DNA of 58,784 nt, the filler included, from Sphacelaria rigidula (taxonomy: Eukaryota), in assembly GCA_964200075.2 (NCBI GenBank). It is 6 parts of 6 records of this genome, joined end to end, with 100 filler letters (N's around TTAATTAATTAA, not from the genome) between each part and the next. Parts side by side here need not be neighbours in the genome. Positions count along the whole stretch, not along the records: positions 1 to 9,715 come from CAXNAA020007907.1; positions 9,816 to 19,529 come from CAXNAA020007908.1; 4 more parts are not named here. One strand, given 5' to 3'. The notes beneath the pieces are model-generated. The model saw only the letters and a program-made list of their open reading frames with translations, searched no databases and had not been told where the DNA came from. Positions 1-11,988 of the stretch are shown piece after piece; position 1 is the stretch's first letter, and each line of letters starts with the position of its first letter. The position numbers were made by a program, and so were the translations under genes.

Positions 1-644
1 ATTAGTCCGATCTCGCGAACCCGTGGTCACAGACGTAGGCTCGCCTTTCCAATACCGTCCCTGCTATTCCTTATAAGCGGTTGAATGTCTCGTGTCTGGT
101 GAGTGGAGCAGCACCCCTGTTCGCTGACATCTTCAATAGATAACTTCAAGACCATTCCTCCGTGCGAACGTCTATGTGAGGTCAGTTTGTCTCTAAGGCC
201 AGTGGGGCTAGAGGTATTGGAAATGGTGCCTTCGTTTTCAAAATTGTGCTGGGGACTGCGAGCCTGCGCCTCAGCAATGAATATCGCCTTTCAAAAACCT
301 GTGTGCAGGCAGCGGTTACATTGATGTTTGCGCTAGACGGAGCTTATGCAGCGGAGTCATACAACTCGTATCGGGGAAATAAGGAAGGACCTGACTCGAG
401 TCGCAAGATTCACGTCGTAAAATCAGAATGACACCGTGCGAGTCGCGAACGAAACAATACGAACAACTCTGCGTCATGTCACACCACTTGTGTTTTGAAA
501 AAGAGGGCGAGTCGGGCTCCGGGCGTACAAACCATAACGAAAAGGACGCCACGACTCCTTTCTCAATGAGTCCGAGTCCCACGAGTAGGACGCGGGCTGG
601 TGGGATGTGTGAGAGACTCATCCATAGTCTTGCATTATCATCTA

Positions 645-1525
645 ACCTCCATCTAGAATACGAATATCCATCTAGGATATTCATCTGGGATGTCCACAAC
701 CATGTGGGCTATCAATCTGGGATTTCACATACTTCAGGGACGTCCATGTGGGATGTCTATCGGAGGCATCCAACATCTAGGTTAGCGTCTTTGTGGGTTC
801 TCTGTTGGGGGTTTAGGTCGATGTGAGATATCCACCTGGGATTCCCCCGCCCATTCGGGGCACCTATTTGGTCTATAGACATCTATCCGGCGTATCCAAG
901 ATGAATCTTCGGCGCCAACCTCAAATAGCCTTCATCACGTATCCAACGGACGGTATACGTGGAAACTTGGAATGAAGGTGAAGACAGCTAAAGCGAGCTC
1001 AATTTTAAATAAAAGCCACGAACAAGGAGTAGGCCCCAACTTGAATAGACGTCCGAATGACGCCCGGCGATCCCAGGTAAACATGCCATGGAGTTACTCG
1101 AGATGGATATCCATATCCCAGGTGGCGTTTTTCTGTGATATCCCAGGTTCAGATGGATATTCTAGATGTATCTGATATCTCAATTGGGCATCCCAGAACG
1201 ATGTCCAAAATGGATATCCCACGATCAGATGAACGTCGCAAGTAGATCTGACATCGCAGAAGAACACCTCACGTGGATGTCTATATCCCAGGTAGGCATC
1301 CCAGATAAAAGCTCTAGCTGGCTACTTGTATATCAAATGGATGTAGCAGATGGACTTGGATTCCCCAGATGGATATGAGAATATTCCAGATTGATGTCCG
1401 TAGTCTGGATGGATATCCACGTCCCACATGAAATGTCCCAAATGGACCTGACGTCCTTGATGGATATCCCGAATGGATACGGTATCCTAGATTAAGGTTG
1501 CTAGACGTTCCAGGCATCCCGATTC
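645..1525. repeat. Inverted pair of degenerate 13-bp tandem arrays
   Basis: About 645-905 is built from GGATATCCATCTG variants. About 1065-1525 is built from the reverse complement CAGATGGATATCC. Confidence 0.7.
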
Positions 1526-3081
1526 ATCTGTGCGTACATGTACATATACATATGCGAACATCACGGTTTCTGTCAAGTCCGGAGCTTTGCATAACAACGA
1601 CCGTTTTGATGCTAAGGCCGTATATTGTTGGACGGAGCAGTCATGCCGACCCATCGATGATGTACATAATAATATAGAGCAGTAGTTCTAATCAGGTACA
1701 ACAGTGGCCGGCATCACCAAACGTTGGCCAGAAAGACGCAGAGAGAGATGGGACAAATAAGTGCATGTCGTTGGTTTCGGTCGCTCAATGGTGTAGGACA
1801 GCTCTGTCGAGTTTAGCGAACCTTTGCGGCTATGCTACGCGATGTTCCGTGTGGTTTCTGCGGTTTTCTTGTAGCGCACGTGCAGAGACGAAGTGACACC
1901 GCGTATTTCAGAAAAATTAACATCCGAATCAAATATCAGCACTTTCGCTCCTCGAAACGAGATCACCGACCACTGTACCCTACCGTGGCCCCCTGCAAGC
2001 AAGGTCTAGACTTTTCCCGACCACCGTAGGGAATACTTCTTTGCAGTGACATATCAGAGACTGATGCCACACATGTATGCAGACCCAGCGCAAGCAGGGA
2101 CAATATAGGAACGTTCCGGAAGGACCAGATCATCGAGGATGCTATAATGCCGACGTAACTAGACAACTCGGCGGAGTGATGCCAGGAGGAGCCTTATATT
2201 GGACGATCCAACATCCCCCGAGGCCCTGGTCGCCCATGGCAACCACTTCTCGTCTGACCCCACTTCTTGCCTACATATAGAAGAGGAAATCATCGCCAGC
2301 CTCGGAGCTCCTTCGGCCTCAGGACGGCAGTCTCCCCCCGTAGGTCTCTGACTACTCTAGCGATACGCCTTCCTCACACCACTGCCTATAAAATAAAGTG
2401 GGTATCCTTTCATCGCCAAAGCGACAAGTTTTGAAGCGGAACCTACACAGGACCAACGCACAATTCAAAACCCACCATGTGATGAGTGATGATGTGGCAA
2501 CCGCAAGCGAGATTTCAAACCTCAATGTGACATCGTTTGCTCACGCCCAGCATGACGGCTACAGCGCTATCGTAAACTATGCGCACCCGGCCGCCGGGTA
2601 GGTGTCCCGGAAACTATCTAGACAACCTCACCTCACCGCGCGACTGTTTCTGGTTTGCTTCACCCTCCCACTGTCGTGATAGTAGGCATGTTGTCATCGC
2701 CCACCCGCTGGAGTGATCTACCCTCGCACCCGTAAGCGTCGCCTCGTTCTTCAGCAATACTGACTCCTGTCTGTTGCCTATGCCTCCGACTGTACCAAAA
2801 ACACGGCCCCTTCTCGTGCAACATTCGTTTACATTTTCACGTGGCGATCCTGACCGAAGAGATCTAGATTGAATTCGGCACCAGTTTTGTGTGGTGCGGT
2901 CGATCTACAACCGACTAATCCCCTTTTTTGACTGTGCTGTACGTCGCTATATAGTGTGCCGCATTTCGTGTTTCCCTCAGCCAATGAACATAATCATGTG
3001 GCCCTGTGCTGCTGTGAACTGTTCATTTAAATATCTCTCTCGATTGACATGTTGGATCTATTTATCTGAAATCTAAACCAG

Positions 3082-5555
3082 ATTACGTGGGTGTCTGCGG
3101 TCTACATGTCGGGCAGCACCTGGGCGTTCTTCTACAAGCCGAGCACTGGAGCCATCTGCCCCTACAGGTAATTGTACGTTTTAGCAACGACGTTATATAC
3201 CGCATGTGAGGATTCCGCCGTTTGACAAGGCATGCTCTACTCGGGCATTTTGTGAGATGCTACCAGGGCTTCATGGCGTAGTTCAGGACCCGACAACAAG
3301 ATGCAGGATGGACGAACTGGCCGCGCGGTAACGGCTTCATCAGTAATCGATGTGTAATATCTAAAATGCACGATATAAATCATTTCAAACAAAACGATTA
3401 CATCCTCGCTTGCTCAGCATTATCACCCTGCAGGCTGACCCGGCTGTCCTCGATATAGAGGCTTTACTTCACTCTTCGGCGGGATTTTCAATCGCCTCTG
3501 AATGGTTCGTGCGACCAACTAGCCCCGCTGCCCCGCAAAGAGTGACTGTGCAACGTGCATCTTCGCAGGGAGATTTGTGCAACGACATGGCCCGAGAAAA
3601 TTTTGCTGACTTTTTCAAGGCTGTCGGCGGGCGCCCTGTTTTCCGCGCTAGCTATTACGATGCTTTCCAAGTGCTACTCTACGAGAGCCTTTCTCCACCA
3701 CTCGTGGTTTGGCGCTATCATCGACATCGAACCTTCTCACGACATGCATACCTGTGAGTACACACGTGCTTTGTTCCTTCTGTCTGCTGCAGAATCAGCT
3801 GGAAGATGCTCGTTAGACACTGGCACCGGTGGGAGTGTGGTTTTGAAAACAATGCACATAATACTTTATATCGTGAGTCACTTTGCATTCCGACCGCAGA
3901 TCTCGAACGCTAGGGAAACATCTGGGCACGGCGCCCTTGGAAATATTCTTTGATGGCAACTCAAACTGCTTCTACGATGCTTGTACCAATGTCGTAACTA
4001 TCGTCCAACGCTTCGTCCTACTCATACCTCACGATTGCAGCATAGGGCAGTGTGAGTGATACTTGATCGAGGAAAACTCATAACCTTCCCTGCGGGCGCG
4101 TACCATTCATGGGTTGCCCCTCTTTGTGTTTTGAGCGTTGCGCGATGTTCAAAAGTGTGCTATTTCGATTTGGGCGGTCACGATACCGACAGTACCGACA
4201 TGTAGCATCAACCGCTCGCATCGTGACCTGTGCTTCATAGAGTCATGGCTTACGTTTCTGTCTGGTTTCGAAACTCTGTGCAATGTTTCCAAACCTGTGC
4301 GATATTGTTAAATCATTCCGGGTACCTGATGGTTAGGAGCAAACAGCGCACCTGTGAACAGCGTGCCTGATAATACTCTGTAATTTCGTGACGTGTCGTG
4401 CCTGAATGTTGTGGGCAAAACTCGCGGTGATCTTGTTGTCCAAGACTTTGGCTACCTGATGCTTGTGGCTGGTGTGGAGCACGGTGTTCTTCACATCATT
4501 CGCTGGTCCATCGGTGGCGATGCTGATCTCCTGTATAGCACCAACGTCGGCCGCTCCGGAGTGATCTGCATGCTTCTCCTGTTCCCCATCGTACTGCCCA
4601 TGAAGTTTCAATGGTTCAAGGATAGGGTGAGCAAGACGTAGCTCGTAGATGAAAACCTGCACCCACCCTGCGTTCCAACATGAGCCCGACTGGAGAGGGG
4701 ATCTTTGAATCCGGGTAGTTGAGCTGCCGGACGCGGTCAAGTCTCTCAAACTGAAGTTGGATCACGTCTTGCGAATATATTACTGTGCTCGAAGAGCCAT
4801 ACTACGATAGGGGGGTGTACTCATGATATTGCATGTCATAGTCATAGGGCCCTTGACCTCGCATCCTTCAAAAGCCTGAACTGAACACGCCGGGTTCCGC
4901 CGGATCAGGCTCGCACTCAATCGCTAAGCGCGAAGCGCCGTAATGTGTTCTGCGAGTCGCATGGAGGGTGAGCTGCATCCTGGTAAGATTGTTCGGCCCT
5001 AGGCCTACCGATTACGTTTCGAATGGATGATAGGCCCCAATGGGTTGCTTCATTTACTGGTATCGCTACTTCCAGAGACAGCCACGGGCTCCACACTGCC
5101 TCATCAATGTCTCACCATTTGAAAACTACGAAGTATAATCATCCCCTTTCCGCGGAACTGAGGTTGTCCCATCTCGCACAATATGATCGAGCTCGACAAC
5201 CATCACGTTTACCGCATAAAAGACGCAAGCGCAATAAAAAACGGCAATTTTGTTGCCAAGCTTTCGCAGTTAGCGGCTTGTTTTATTCCGTCGTTGCCAA
5301 CCGACACCACACCCGTGGATTATACGGAATCTTCAGAGGCGCAATCGAGGGTGGGAGGGGTTCATTTCACGTGAGCAGAATGGCTCATACGTGTGTCAGG
5401 AGGCCTGCACACTCACGGTGCGCTTGTACTTGAGTGAAAGTTGTGTCGAGCAGTATGATTGAGCGCTATTTATCGGCAACGAGCGCGTACGAACAACCGT
5501 TGCAACTGTCAACGACATTTTGAGTTGGAATTTCGTGGAAAAAATGACCCAAATA

Positions 5556-5586
<31 letters not shown>

Positions 5587-7996
5587 TACCGTAGCACGAC
5601 TCTAAAGCACGTGTGCACTGTCTTTTCAGTGATTTGTAACAGTTGGTCGCGGGTCAGAAGACTGACTGCTGTGACAAATACAGAACCAGTGGTTTCGATG
5701 AGATGTGGGTTCCCTGGAGACCACCCCACATAACACAGAAAGAGCACAGTAGTGCAGTAAAATATCACTTCGTCGAATGAGTTGTCTACGTATATAGTAT
5801 GTGCATCAGATGTCTCTCACAGAGGCATTTTCTGCTTTTTTTTTAGAGGTCTTGCCGATGCGTAACAGATCCGTATTAGGTCTCAAAAATGCGGAGCGGG
5901 GGAAGAGGGCAGAACCGACAGATGCGCTACCCCTTGGCGTGCGCGAGAAGCGTTCATTCTACTTGGGTTGTCTTTTCTACGGGAGGAAGGGTGCACACGT
6001 TCATCCCCTCCCCTTACTCGAGACGGATCGATGTTCTCAAGGGACAATCCATCTCCTCCCCGGTAGGTACACTCCAGCAATTCGGTACCGTGGATTGGAT
6101 CATGACCAACACTTCCGCACTACTCACGTTCTTACGTTATGAATGACGGAAATCAGGTACGGTTCAGAAGAAGTCAAATGCATCTGCCTGCATTAGAAAC
6201 CCGCATTCTCTGATCTGATAGTGTCAGTTGTAAAATTACACTGCGGCGCGGCGGTGGTTATGCTAATGCGTCAGGAAAAATTATTTTTCCGGCGACGATC
6301 ACTGTTTGGTTTGGTGGTAGATGACGGTACTTTTTGGAATATCAAGCGACTTGAGAGGGCTATCATCGTGATGGAGAAGTTCTGAGAAATGATGAGAGAG
6401 CGCTTTTTATCCCGCGCACTTCAGCAGGTGCTATTGTATGCCTGCTGCGCGTGCGCATCAAGCCCGATTCTGGGATACTGCAAAGTCCTCTGCTCTCCGA
6501 ACGTAGGACCGCCTTGGTCATGTCTCCACAATCGTCATAATAATGCCACCGACAAGCCCCTTGATCTCACAGCTTGATATCCTCCCCGGCCGTGTCTCGA
6601 CATCTGAAAAAATCACCACGTTCATCCTCGAGGCCACCTCCCATATTGACACCTCTACCGAGCCCACTTTCTGCCTCCGGTCTCGGTGCGATCTTCCGTT
6701 GCATCTGTATCTTGTCAATCTTACCCGAAGCCGTTTCCCTGTGCCACTGCTGTTGCAGATGAGGTTCGAGACTCGGAAGGGAATGCACATGCTCTCCATA
6801 CCCATGCTGGTGGGGTTGTGCTTCCACAGTACCGCGTTCTGCTATGTCAGTGCTATCCTGATTGGGTGGTATGCCGTCGACAGGTTCTACTTTACAACGA
6901 AGCAGTAAGTTCATTTGCTAGTACGAAATGGTGATCGCGTAGTGTGACGGTGGGTAAGAAGGGCGCTTCATGAGGTGTAGAAAGCACGTCGGAGCAGCAA
7001 ACGATGGTACGAAATGTTCCGGGTTTGACACTTCGCCGATGCCTGGTACGCGAGGTGTGTCCTCGAACAAATATGTGTGAACTACTACCGACATGGCTTC
7101 GAAATGACCCTTGACCTGTTTCAATGTTAACTTCTGTAGTAGAAGGAGAAAATACCGCTGTGTACCGCCTTGTCGTCAAAGCGAGGAGATGGTCGGAGAA
7201 GTGTGAAAAAGGCGTCGTTTCCGCTAGCGCACGACATTAGCACGAGAAAACGTCGCTCGCTGTCGGGATACACGCGGTGGGGGCACCACTTTGGTCTTAC
7301 GCTGCGAAGCCTTGTCAAGAACTCGGCGCTATCAGATGTTGAACCACACACCCTCGACGATGTTGCGCCTCCCCTCCTGCGGCTTCCTATTGCTGCCATC
7401 CTTCGGACGTGTTCGTCGTGATCCGCGCTACCGTCCCTCAGAACGTTCTTGATCCAGCATCCCACCTTTGAGGCCGTCGGCCGGGGCACCATGGTTGGTC
7501 TGGATCTCCCACCGTGAGTATGATCCTTCGGTGAACAAATTTGAACGTTTACCGTCTTTACTCGGGGTGGGGGGTAGGAGGACAGGGTGCAGACCAATGA
7601 TCCATTGGAGCGCGATTGCTCCTGCTCGGAAGTAGATAGAGAGGATGCGACACGTTTTCCCCGTTTCATATTGCGGGCACAGATAGGAGTCATTCAGGCG
7701 AGACGCACAGTACCGAAGACGGAGTATTTGACGCGGAGGATGCAATGTAGCAAGGTGAACGTCTGCTTACACTCCCAGAAGTTTCCCTGTAAAAGGTGAA
7801 CCCCTCCTCTTACACTTGATTTTGTCACGTTGTGTCCGTGTTTTCGTGTCCGCTTTCTTACCCCAGGGGCTATGATTTTATGGCCGGATCGTACATCTAC
7901 GTGAACTGCCCAGCCATCAGTCACGGTGAATGGCACCCATTTTCCATTATTCCCGTACCCGGAACCGGCCTCACGGCCGCGTTTTATGCCGAAGTG
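3082..7996 (+). CDS. NADPH oxidase / ferric reductase-like transmembrane flavocytochrome (NOX/FRE family), partial, multi-exon
   Basis: Phase-consistent GT-AG exons 3082-3167, 3569-3753, 4445-4626, 6759-6904, 7442-7513 and 7867-7996 splice to ITWVSAVY...GAICPYREICATTWPEKILLTFSRLSAG...LSKCYSTRAFLHHSWFGAIIDIEPSHDMHTYFGYLMLVAGVEHGVLH...RFETRKGMHMLSIPMLVGLCFH...WYAVDRFY...GSYIYVNCPAISHGEWHPFS. This gives two transmembrane His pairs for heme plus the FAD-binding EWHPFS motif. The start codon and NADPH-binding exons were not located before the contig ends at 9715. Confidence 0.85.
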
Positions 7997-9715
7997 GTGA
8001 GTTGTCGTGCGCTCATGATGAATCAGGCGGAGAATGCTAGAAGTAATGGAACGAAGTCGTTCTCCCGTCATCCGGTGGAGCTGTTGAACCGTGTCATACC
8101 CAACCGGGAGACTAAATACCATAGAGCTAGATTTAGGTTGATAGCAAGGTGTGTAATTTGCCGATGTACATCGCAGAATGCTGCGGTCACAGGGAAGATA
8201 ATTATGCAGTGGTACCACAACTGTGTTGCTAGAGTATTTTCAGTACTACCGCCCACGATCGACGTACTGTATCTGCAACCTCTTGTATCTACGGTGGAAA
8301 AGTAGATGCGATATCATGTATACAAAACAAATCATTCCACGTAACCCGTGAAATTATCCTCAAGTGGTACTGCGAACCGGTATCTCTGGCCGATAACATG
8401 TAAATGTGGTACAGGACAGGCGGCATGAGGAATCGGTGGGTATAAGCTTCGTTTTGAAGCCGGTCCGACAGTACTTGTAGGTTACCTAGAAACTCTGCTG
8501 GCCGAGTGGCAATCGTTTTCATTTAGTAAATACTGCTATCGATGTTAGGTCAAGATATGTTAGGTTAAGGAGAGGTGTGCGTATTTGCCGTACGTTTAAT
8601 CACTATGGTTCAGTCTTCATTGCGGTCTTATCAGGGCGAGAGAAAATTTCTTCGGCAAATTCGTTTTTGTGCAGTTGCTTTCGAATTTTGTCACATTATG
8701 CACTCCCGCCCCCAACCCAGCTTGTAGCGAGTGGGTAGGGAAAACCTCATGAATCACCCGTTCAAAAACAGTGTGACTCCTCACGTATCCGCCCGTTGGC
8801 TCCCATCTGGAGATTGGGCTGAGCGCAGTCGCACCAGCCTCATATCAACACAAACCTCCCCACGAGCCTGCGTGTGCGCCCATTGTGTGGTGTACACACA
8901 CCGCTAGCCAACGTCCTGCCGACAAGAACCCCACCGACGTGTACCACACAAGGAAAATACACGCATCTCACACTTTACCCCACTGGAACACCGGCGACAA
9001 CGTGTGCCGGCAAACAAAGGGGTACCATGGTTCTTTCGACCCACGGCCTGCTCCGGTCTCGCTATGTGTATAGCGCTGGGACCGCGCCTGCGACTAAAAA
9101 TCGGGTGAATTGCCTGACGATCGCGTGCTCACGATCCCCTCCGTGTCCGCTTCACCGAATAAAGGAAAAACGGACAGTCCACCGCAGGGGGCAGGCCTTA
9201 CTCATCACATATCACACGCCTGCCGGACCCTGCCCTCGAAACCGTCTTCTGCGCCACTTTCTCCGTCGAAAGCATCGGGCGGGTGGTCAGAAAGGTGTTC
9301 GAAAAATAATATCACACTTTCAACACTGCCGAGGGAAAACCCAGCCCTCGGAAAAACCTTTGTGAGGAAAAACCCGATTCCCAGGAAAAAAGCCTCGGCA
9401 GTGGCGCGATGCGCCGCAAACTCAATCCGATAATCCTCAAACCCAATCCAATCCGATAAAACGCCAGTGGGAGGGGTGGGCAGGAAAAATCTCAGACAGC
9501 ATCGATTCGCGATGCTGTCACCAACTGATGGTCACACCACACCCGTCTCCCGGATCTCATAAACCTCGTCTTCAACCCAGACACCATGATTGTCACTTCA
9601 TCGTGGATGCACTTGCTGTACCTTACTGCTTCTCCCACACTGAACTGACTCACTTGGTTCATCACACAGGCAATCTTGCATGTCAATGTGTTCTGAAATG
9701 GCTTCTAGATACTGC

Positions 9716-9815
9716 NNNNNNNNNNNNNNNNNNNNNNNNNNNNNNNNNNNNNNNNNNNNTTAATTAATTAANNNNNNNNNNNNNNNNNNNNNNNNNNNNN
9801 NNNNNNNNNNNNNNN
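9716..9815. other. Artificial contig spacer (also 19530-19629, 29344-29443, 39158-39257, 48972-49071)
   Basis: Identical N44-TTAATTAATTAA-N44 five times. The 12-mer places stop codons in all six frames. Confidence 0.98.
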
Positions 9816-10759
9816 ACATCTGATGTAGCAAGCAGTATGGGTCGTGGTAGAGAGCTTCCAACAAGATGCGGCGACCGGCGAGCCGCCCGCCACTCGTGGC
9901 TATGGATGATACTTTTGTCCCCACCACCTTGCCACACAGCCCTTTGTGGTCGGGGTGGGCCGCCACTTCCCCCCTTGTTGCATGCGGCAAATTCTCTTCG
10001 AAGGGTATCAGCGTTGCGGCGCGCATGCACACAACAGCATATAATAGTACACTACAGTGTAGTACGCCTCTCCCACTGAAGCAGCAGCTGCCGCTGCATA
10101 CTCCCTCGCACGTTCTGGGCAATTCTCAGCTACCGAAATCATCTACCTATATACAGCTTTGTCATCCCCGTCCACTACATACATGTGGACTGCACACTGC
10201 AAGTCATCGGCGGAGAGATGCGCAAAATTCATTACGGTCGCTCCTCTTGTCTTTCCACAGCCCATCACCTCGATTTTGTGCCTCATGAAAATGACCACAT
10301 TGTAGCATGTACACTCCTTCCGGGCTTTTCTGGTGGACCCTGTGTTAGTGTAATTACTACGTTTTAGTATAGAATTGTGACCCAAAATAAACAACGGAAA
10401 ACTCGGGAACGGTATACTGAGTGCAAGTCGTATCATGTAACCATGTTCCGACCGCCCTGCAATTGGAAACCTGCGAAGGCTTATCTGAACCAGGGATAGG
10501 GTCCCCACACGATCTTTACAGTGGCATCATACTCGCCAACAGTCCCAGCACTGGTCGTTCGGGTCTGGTCGATAAATTTCGCCTCACCGTGATGGGGCAG
10601 GTCGCTCGAAGACTTGTTTTTTTATTATTTTACAAACACAGAGACAACCCTGTGTTAGTCGGGGGTTGGTCTCAAAAGAGTTAATTTATTAATTTATCAA
10701 TTAATTATTGGAAATAAAATCCAACCATCCATCCTCAAACAATCTGTAGCTACCTTATA

Positions 10760-11988
10760 CGAGCTGGGCCAGCCTAGAGACGGATTAAAGCTCTCAAAGC
10801 AATATCTCGTCGACACGGACGAGTTGGGTCATGATCCGCATATTGTATTAATTGTCTAGCCAAGGGGAAGGTGCTCATCTGCTCAAAAATTTGGGCCCAT
10901 ATTTTCTCGTTGATTAATCCCCATGTCTAGTAATTCCTATACCTAAGGGAGATAGCGTCCATTCTGGAATCTCTATGAAACCCCCGATCGATGCATTCAG
11001 CGGATGAAGACGAATTTTGGTGTGGACATTTCCTGGATCACGGGGAGACGATAGATACCCTCACCTCACGTAATTCGTAATCTATCTCGAGCTATGGCGC
11101 ACATACGTTTACATACTAAAACCAGTATATTACGAGCAAATGCGCTAGATTAGCTAAACCTGGATATCGCGTCTCAGTTTCTGAGAGTTATGCTATAAAA
11201 TTTTGTAAGGAGAACCGCTAGTGCATAATAAAGCTTGTGAACACAGCTTTTTCAATTTTACATATATATATATATATTTTAATTTTTTCGGGTTTTTGGG
11301 GCAGTTTTGCGGAGAAATGAACAATGCTGTGGGGTCTCATCTCAATTTTTTAGCTCAACTTTTAGAATTGTAATTTGAAACTCAGGATAAAGAACCACAG
11401 AGGTATGCTGAATTAAAAAAGATGGACCCTCAGTTGTTGTTTTTTTGGCAGAACTTCGGGCATTCTCGTAAAACAATGGCGGCTTCAATACTAAAACGCT
11501 CTAAACCAGTGGAAAAATCAGAAAAAATCAATCTGGCCCACTCTTTTTTGTCAATTATGCCCTAGCCACGGCCCACACATAGTTTCAATACACAAACACC
11601 AAACGTGGGCCGGTAAGTGGCCTGCAAAATACTATTCCGAATTTCTTCTGATCTCGTCACTACACGGCCCATTATACGGCCAATACTTAGAGGTGGACCC
11701 TGAAATTTGGTATGGACAATGAATAGAGCATAATAAGAACAATTACCAGTGCACACAATTTTTTTTTCCATGAGGTAAGGGCAATCATCAGTTTCAGATA
11801 TCGGTCAAATGCCCCGAACTCATGGGAAAAAAAAAAAAAGCCTTGTGCGCACTGGTAATTGTTATCATTATGCCCTATTTATTGACCATCCCAAATTTCA
11901 GTGTCCAACTCTAAGTATTGGCCGTATAATGAGCCGTGTAGTGACTAACCTGCAAACTACAGAATCGCTTCTCGGCTGGCCCAGCTCG
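10760..11988. mobile_element. Non-autonomous Tc1/mariner-like DNA transposon
   Basis: Perfect 15-bp TIR CGAGCTGGGCCAGCC / GGCTGGCCCAGCTCG, flanked by TA on both sides, with an AT-rich non-coding interior. A further family terminus lies at 16871-16891. Confidence 0.8.
11658..11943. mobile_element. CACTA-terminus MITE nested in the 10760-11988 element
   Basis: CACTACACGGCCCATTATACGGCCAATACTTAGAG ... CTCTAAGTATTGGCCGTATAATGAGCCGTGTAGTG, with inverted arms of about 115 bp. No clean TSD is visible. Confidence 0.8.

Noticed and set aside
3793..3828. 36-nt micro-exon ISWKMLVRHWHR in the NOX/FRE gene
   Set aside because: Its phase is incompatible with the flanking exons, which already join correctly (3753 to 4445) and supply the heme histidines.
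5183..6640. Exon-like or pogo-transposase-like peptides in the long NOX intron (5183-5374, about 6076-6157, MPPTSPLISQLD)
   Set aside because: They lack acceptors or contain stops, have no recognisable domain, and the gene splices in phase without them.
9760..9771. TTAATTAATTAA as a biological palindrome
   Set aside because: It is an identical synthetic six-frame stop linker centred in every 100-bp gap.
10960..11000. GFHRD on the minus strand as the kinase catalytic loop
   Set aside because: It lies inside the Tc1/mariner-like insertion and lacks the following LKPxN context, so it is probably chance.
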